Origin: an uncultured Methanosarcinales archaeon
GTDB lineage: Archaea > Nanobdellota > Nanobdellia > Woesearchaeales > DSVV01
Direction of reading: 5' to 3'
Assembly: GCA_964452935.1 (NCBI GenBank)
Contig: CAYVNO010000004.1
Span: 5,519 to 69,518 of the forward strand
DNA: 64,000 bases
The notes under the pieces: model-generated
Seen by the model: only the letters and a program-made list of their open reading frames with translations
What the model was told of the DNA's origin: nothing
The model's database searches: none
Shown: one piece after another, positions 60,785 to 64,000 of the stretch
Layout: every line of letters begins with the position of its first letter
How positions within the stretch are numbered: position 1 is the stretch's first letter
Program-made: the position numbers and the translations under genes

Positions 60785-60991
60785 ATGGCAAAGTTTAATA
60801 TTATTATTGAGAAGGATGAAGAAGGATGGCTTGTTTCTGAGGTAGTTGAACTCCCAGGATGTCATACACAAGCAAAGACGATGGATGAGCTTGTTGAGAG
60901 AACAAAAGAAGCTATTCAAGCGTATTTGGAAACTGAAAAGAAACCAAAAATTCTTGATAGGTTTGTGGGAGTGAAACAGATAGAGGTGTAA
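60785..60991 (+). CDS. hicB: HicB-family antitoxin
   Basis: MAKFNIIIEKDEEGWLVSEVVELPGCHTQAKTMDEL. Confidence 0.8.
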   Translation: MAKFNIIIEKDEEGWLVSEVVELPGCHTQAKTMDELVERTKEAIQAYLETEKKPKILDRFVGVKQIEV

Positions 60992-60993
60992 TT

Positions 60994-61233
60994 TTGCCAA
61001 AATTGCCTAGGTTGACTGGAAAAGAGGTAGCTAAAGTAGTAGAAAAATTTGGTTTTGTTTATAGTCATACAACTGGTAGTCATATGATCTACAAACATTC
61101 TGATGGAAGAAGAACAACCATCCCACATCATGCTGGAGAAGAGATTGGACCTGGTTTATTGAATAAGATAATAAAAAAAGATTTAGGAATTTCTAGAGAT
61201 GAATTTTTGAAGAGAATTTTAAAGAAAAAATAA
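60994..61233 (+). CDS. hicA: HicA-family mRNA interferase toxin
   Basis: LTGKEVAKVVEKFGFVYSHTTGSHMIYKH; TTG start 5 nt after GAGGTG. Confidence 0.8.
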   Translation: MPKLPRLTGKEVAKVVEKFGFVYSHTTGSHMIYKHSDGRRTTIPHHAGEEIGPGLLNKIIKKDLGISRDEFLKRILKKK

Positions 61234-61237
61234 AAAA

Positions 61238-62875
61238 TTACATCATTCCAGGTGGCATTCCGCCTGGAGGTGGCATTCCTGGTGGAGGCATGTCTCCGCC
61301 TGATGCTGATGCGATTACGTCGTCTATTCTTAGAATCATTTGTGCGACTTCTGCTGCTGAGCTTACTGCTTGTGTTTTTATTTTCAGTGGCTCAACTACA
61401 TCTTTTTTCCAAGCGTCGATTACTTTTCCTGTGAAAACATTAATACCTGACCATTTTTTACCTTGGTCATGAGATGCTTTTAGTTCAGTAATCACGTCAA
61501 TTGGATCTAGACCTGCATTTTCTGCTAGTGTTCTTGGAATTACTTCCATTGCTTCTGCGAATGCTAAAACTGCGAGTTGTTCTCTTCCTGACAATGATTC
61601 AGCATATTTTTTTAAGTTTCGAGCAAGTTCGATTTCAGGAGCTCCTGCACCTGCAACAACTTTTCCATCTCTTAATGCTGAAATTATATCTCCAACTGCG
61701 TCTTCCATTGCTCTTTTTACTTCTTCTGTTACATGTTCTGTGCTTCCTCTCAATAGGATTGTGACAGACTTTGGATTTTTGCAGTTTTCAATATATGTCA
61801 TTTCTTCGTCTCCAACTTTTTTCTCTTCGACATTTCCTGCTTTACCAAGATCATCTTTTGATAAGTCATCTATGTTTGTTATTATACTTGCACCTGTTGC
61901 CCTTGAGAGAGCTTCCATATCTGATTTCTTAACTCTTCTGCAAGCGTAGATTCCTGCTTTTGCTAAGAAGTGTTGTGCAATATCATCAATACCTTTTTGA
62001 CAGAAAATAGCTTTTGCTCCTGTGTTGATAATTTTATCAACCATATCATGAAGCATTTTTTCTTCTTGATCAAGGAATGCTTGCATTTGTGTTGGATCAT
62101 TTATTTGTATTTTTGCATCTGTTTCTGTGCTCTTTATTTCAACTGCTGAATTTATTAATGCAATCTTTGCGTTTGGTAAGTTAGAAGGCATCCCGTGATG
62201 AACTTTCTCTTTATCAATTACAAGTCCTTTAATAAATTGTGAACTTGTTATTGAGCTGCCTGTCTTTTTCTCAAGTTTTATGTTTTCTTTGTCTATCAAA
62301 ATTTCATTTCCATTTTGTTCCATTATTGATTTTACTGCTTTGACTGTTAGATCAGCAAGATGTTCCTTGTTGCTTTCTGCACCTTTGCCAGTCATTGCTG
62401 TTATTGCAATCTTTCTTAATGTTTTATCGTCATTTGGGTCTAGTGTTTCAGCTAGATTACTTAGTATTACTTGTGCTTTGTCTGCTGCTAGTCTGTACCC
62501 TCTTGCGATAACTGTTGGATGAATTTCTTGGTCTAGTAATCTTTCTGCGTTTTTTAGTAGTTCTCCTGCTAAGACTACTGCAGTTGTTGTTCCATCTCCA
62601 ACTTCATCTTCTTGAGTCTTTGCTATCTCGACAATCATTTTTGCAGAAGGATGTTCAATGTTCATCTCTTTTAGAATTGTAACTCCATCGTTTGTTATTA
62701 CAACATCCCCCATTGAATCTACAAGCATTTTGTCCATTCCTTTTGGACCTAATGTTGTTCTGACTGTTTCTGCAACTATTTTTGCAGCCATTATGTTTGT
62801 TCTTTGAGCATTCTTTCCAGTAGTTCTTTCTGAACCTTCTGGCATTATAAAAATAGGTTGAATTTGGTTTGTCAT
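61238..62875 (-). CDS. ths: Thermosome (group II chaperonin) subunit
   Basis: [25 protein letters not shown] and the C-terminal GGMPPGMM tail. Confidence 0.95.
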   Translation of the reverse strand: MTNQIQPIFIMPEGSERTTGKNAQRTNIMAAKIVAETVRTTLGPKGMDKMLVDSMGDVVITNDGVTILKEMNIEHPSAKMIVEIAKTQEDEVGDGTTTAVVLAGELLKNAERLLDQEIHPTVIARGYRLAADKAQVILSNLAETLDPNDDKTLRKIAITAMTGKGAESNKEHLADLTVKAVKSIMEQNGNEILIDKENIKLEKKTGSSITSSQFIKGLVIDKEKVHHGMPSNLPNAKIALINSAVEIKSTETDAKIQINDPTQMQAFLDQEEKMLHDMVDKIINTGAKAIFCQKGIDDIAQHFLAKAGIYACRRVKKSDMEALSRATGASIITNIDDLSKDDLGKAGNVEEKKVGDEEMTYIENCKNPKSVTILLRGSTEHVTEEVKRAMEDAVGDIISALRDGKVVAGAGAPEIELARNLKKYAESLSGREQLAVLAFAEAMEVIPRTLAENAGLDPIDVITELKASHDQGKKWSGINVFTGKVIDAWKKDVVEPLKIKTQAVSSAAEVAQMILRIDDVIASASGGDMPPPGMPPPGGMPPGMM

Positions 62876-62909
62876 ATATACCCCTCCATATATTCTTAGG
62901 AATAATAGG

Positions 62910-62924
62910 GCATTTATAAATATT
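62910..62924. promoter_or_regulatory. Palindromic TATA element GCATTTATAAATATT (thermosome side)
   Basis: Identical 15-mer repeated exactly 70 nt away at 62980-62994. About 35-50 nt upstream of the thermosome ATG (GGAGGGG Shine-Dalgarno). Confidence 0.55.
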
Positions 62925-62979
62925 GTGTGTTGCGAAAACGCAAAATATATATAATATACTACTCATGAGATTATATGTC

Positions 62980-62994
62980 GCATTTATAAATATT
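62980..62994. promoter_or_regulatory. Palindromic TATA element GCATTTATAAATATT (plus-strand surface-protein side)
   Basis: 31 nt upstream of ATG 63025. Confidence 0.55.
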
Positions 62995-63024
62995 ATTTTA
63001 GAAATTAAAAAAGGGTGAGTAGGG

Positions 63025-64000
63025 ATGGTAAAAAAGAGTTTATTGATGATATTTGTTGCTTTAATGATAATTCCAATGGTTTCAGCTTCTATTGTTATAA
63101 CAAGTCCTATGAGGAGTATTTACAATATTGGTGATGATGTTAGTATTTCAGGTTATGTGCTAGCTGAACAGGCTGCTGATGATAAGTTAGAAGTGATATT
63201 ACTTTGCGATTATGGGAGTGAGACTAATTCTTTGCAATTAGTAATGGCTGAAGGACAAAAGGTGTCTTTTTCAGCTTTAGGTATTAATAATTTTGTGTTA
63301 GAGGAAGCAGGAGATTGTAAAATCAAAGTAGAGTATGCGGGAGATAGTGAGGCAACTGATAAGTTCACTGTCTCAGATAGTCTTGAAGCGATATTTAGTT
63401 TGAATCAGGATGAGTTTCAACTAGGAGATACTTTTGTGTTTAGAGGAACTGTTTTTACATTTGAAGGAAAAGATGTTGATAGTGGAGTTGCAAAAGTATA
63501 TTTGAAAGACCCTGAAGATGACACATTTCTTTTTGCTGAAACTGAGATTAATGGTGGAAGTTTTTCTGTATCAAAGAGATTAGAAAATTTGGAAAGGGGA
63601 GAGTACTTTATAGAAATTTATGTTGAAGATGAGGTAGGAAATAAAGGAACTTATGAAGATGTTATAGAGTTTGAGATAGATGATGAGATAAGATTAACAG
63701 TTGATACAGATAAAAACTCTTATCTTCCGGGAGAAACTATTAAGATTGGAGGAGATGTTGAAACCATAACTGAAAGTATTGATGATGCTGTTGTTGAGAT
63801 AAAGTTTATTGGTGAGGAACATACAACTGGTGTTGTAAATGATAAGTTTAGTTATGAATTTGAGATTCCAGATGATATAAAATCAGATGGTTATACTTTT
63901 TTAGTTAAGGTAAATGACCCAGATGGTAATTTTGGATATGCTGATCTTACATTGTTTATTGAACAAAAACCAGATGATATTGAGAATATGTTAGAAAATA
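63025..64000 (+). CDS. Secreted acidic repeat protein (Ig/CARDB-like), 5' part; runs off the right window edge
   Basis: ATG 63025 follows GGGTGA. Signal peptide MVKKSLLMIFVALMIIPMVSA is followed by an open frame to position 64000. Absent from the ORF track because no stop lies in the window. Confidence 0.65.
   Translation, partial: MVKKSLLMIFVALMIIPMVSASIVITSPMRSIYNIGDDVSISGYVLAEQAADDKLEVILLCDYGSETNSLQLVMAEGQKVSFSALGINNFVLEEAGDCKIKVEYAGDSEATDKFTVSDSLEAIFSLNQDEFQLGDTFVFRGTVFTFEGKDVDSGVAKVYLKDPEDDTFLFAETEINGGSFSVSKRLENLERGEYFIEIYVEDEVGNKGTYEDVIEFEIDDEIRLTVDTDKNSYLPGETIKIGGDVETITESIDDAVVEIKFIGEEHTTGVVNDKFSYEFEIPDDIKSDGYTFLVKVNDPDGNFGYADLTLFIEQKPDDIENMLEN

Overview
AT-rich, gene-dense archaeal chromosome segment with very short intergenic gaps and many translationally coupled genes. 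The archaeal assignment rests on a thermosome, aIF5A, ribosomal proteins L21e and L40e, Rpo4/RpoF, an archaeal-type GluRS and class III (archaeal pilin) signal peptides. The Lys/Ile/Asn-rich proteome and patchy metabolism fit a small-genome DPANN-like archaeon, but that is inference. Housekeeping content: pntAB transhydrogenase, purM-purB-purC-purE, rlmH, nth, aspartate aminotransferase, fused transketolase, a complete riboflavin operon (rbkR-ribC-ribH-ribBA-ribD), Nnr, a Kef-type antiporter, two M50 proteases, gltX and L21e-RpoF-DUF655. Accessory content: four toxin-antitoxin modules (PIN, two paralogous RelE-like pairs, HicAB), a Fic gene, a radical-SAM/YhcG/DUF4130 DNA-metabolism operon, a nuclease/phosphoesterase/protease island, a P-loop-less Orc1/Cdc6-like gene, a Tad/archaellum-like secretion ATPase locus and several pilin/adhesin genes. 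I found no rRNA, tRNA, CRISPR array, transposase, integrase or reverse transcriptase. The most interesting signals are not in the ORF track. (1) A repeated structured noncoding element of about 100-115 nt has three clear copies (9742-9858, 9854-9971, 39133-39250) whose closing helix keeps pairing through compensatory substitutions. Each copy sits just beyond the TATA box of a minus-strand gene for a Lys-poor acidic protein. (2) A possible fourth, diverged copy lies between 31575..32294 and 33604..34530 and appears to be split by a Fic gene flanked by two related hairpins with swapped arms. (3) Seven Lys-poor, Arg/Asp/Glu/Gly/Val-rich orphan ORFs sit in three islands between housekeeping operons. 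Two are pseudo-receiver-like and one is a triple wHTH-like repeat, and a short ATTGGTT-containing motif recurs at successive gene junctions. All family assignments come from motifs read by eye and recalled from memory; no searches were run.
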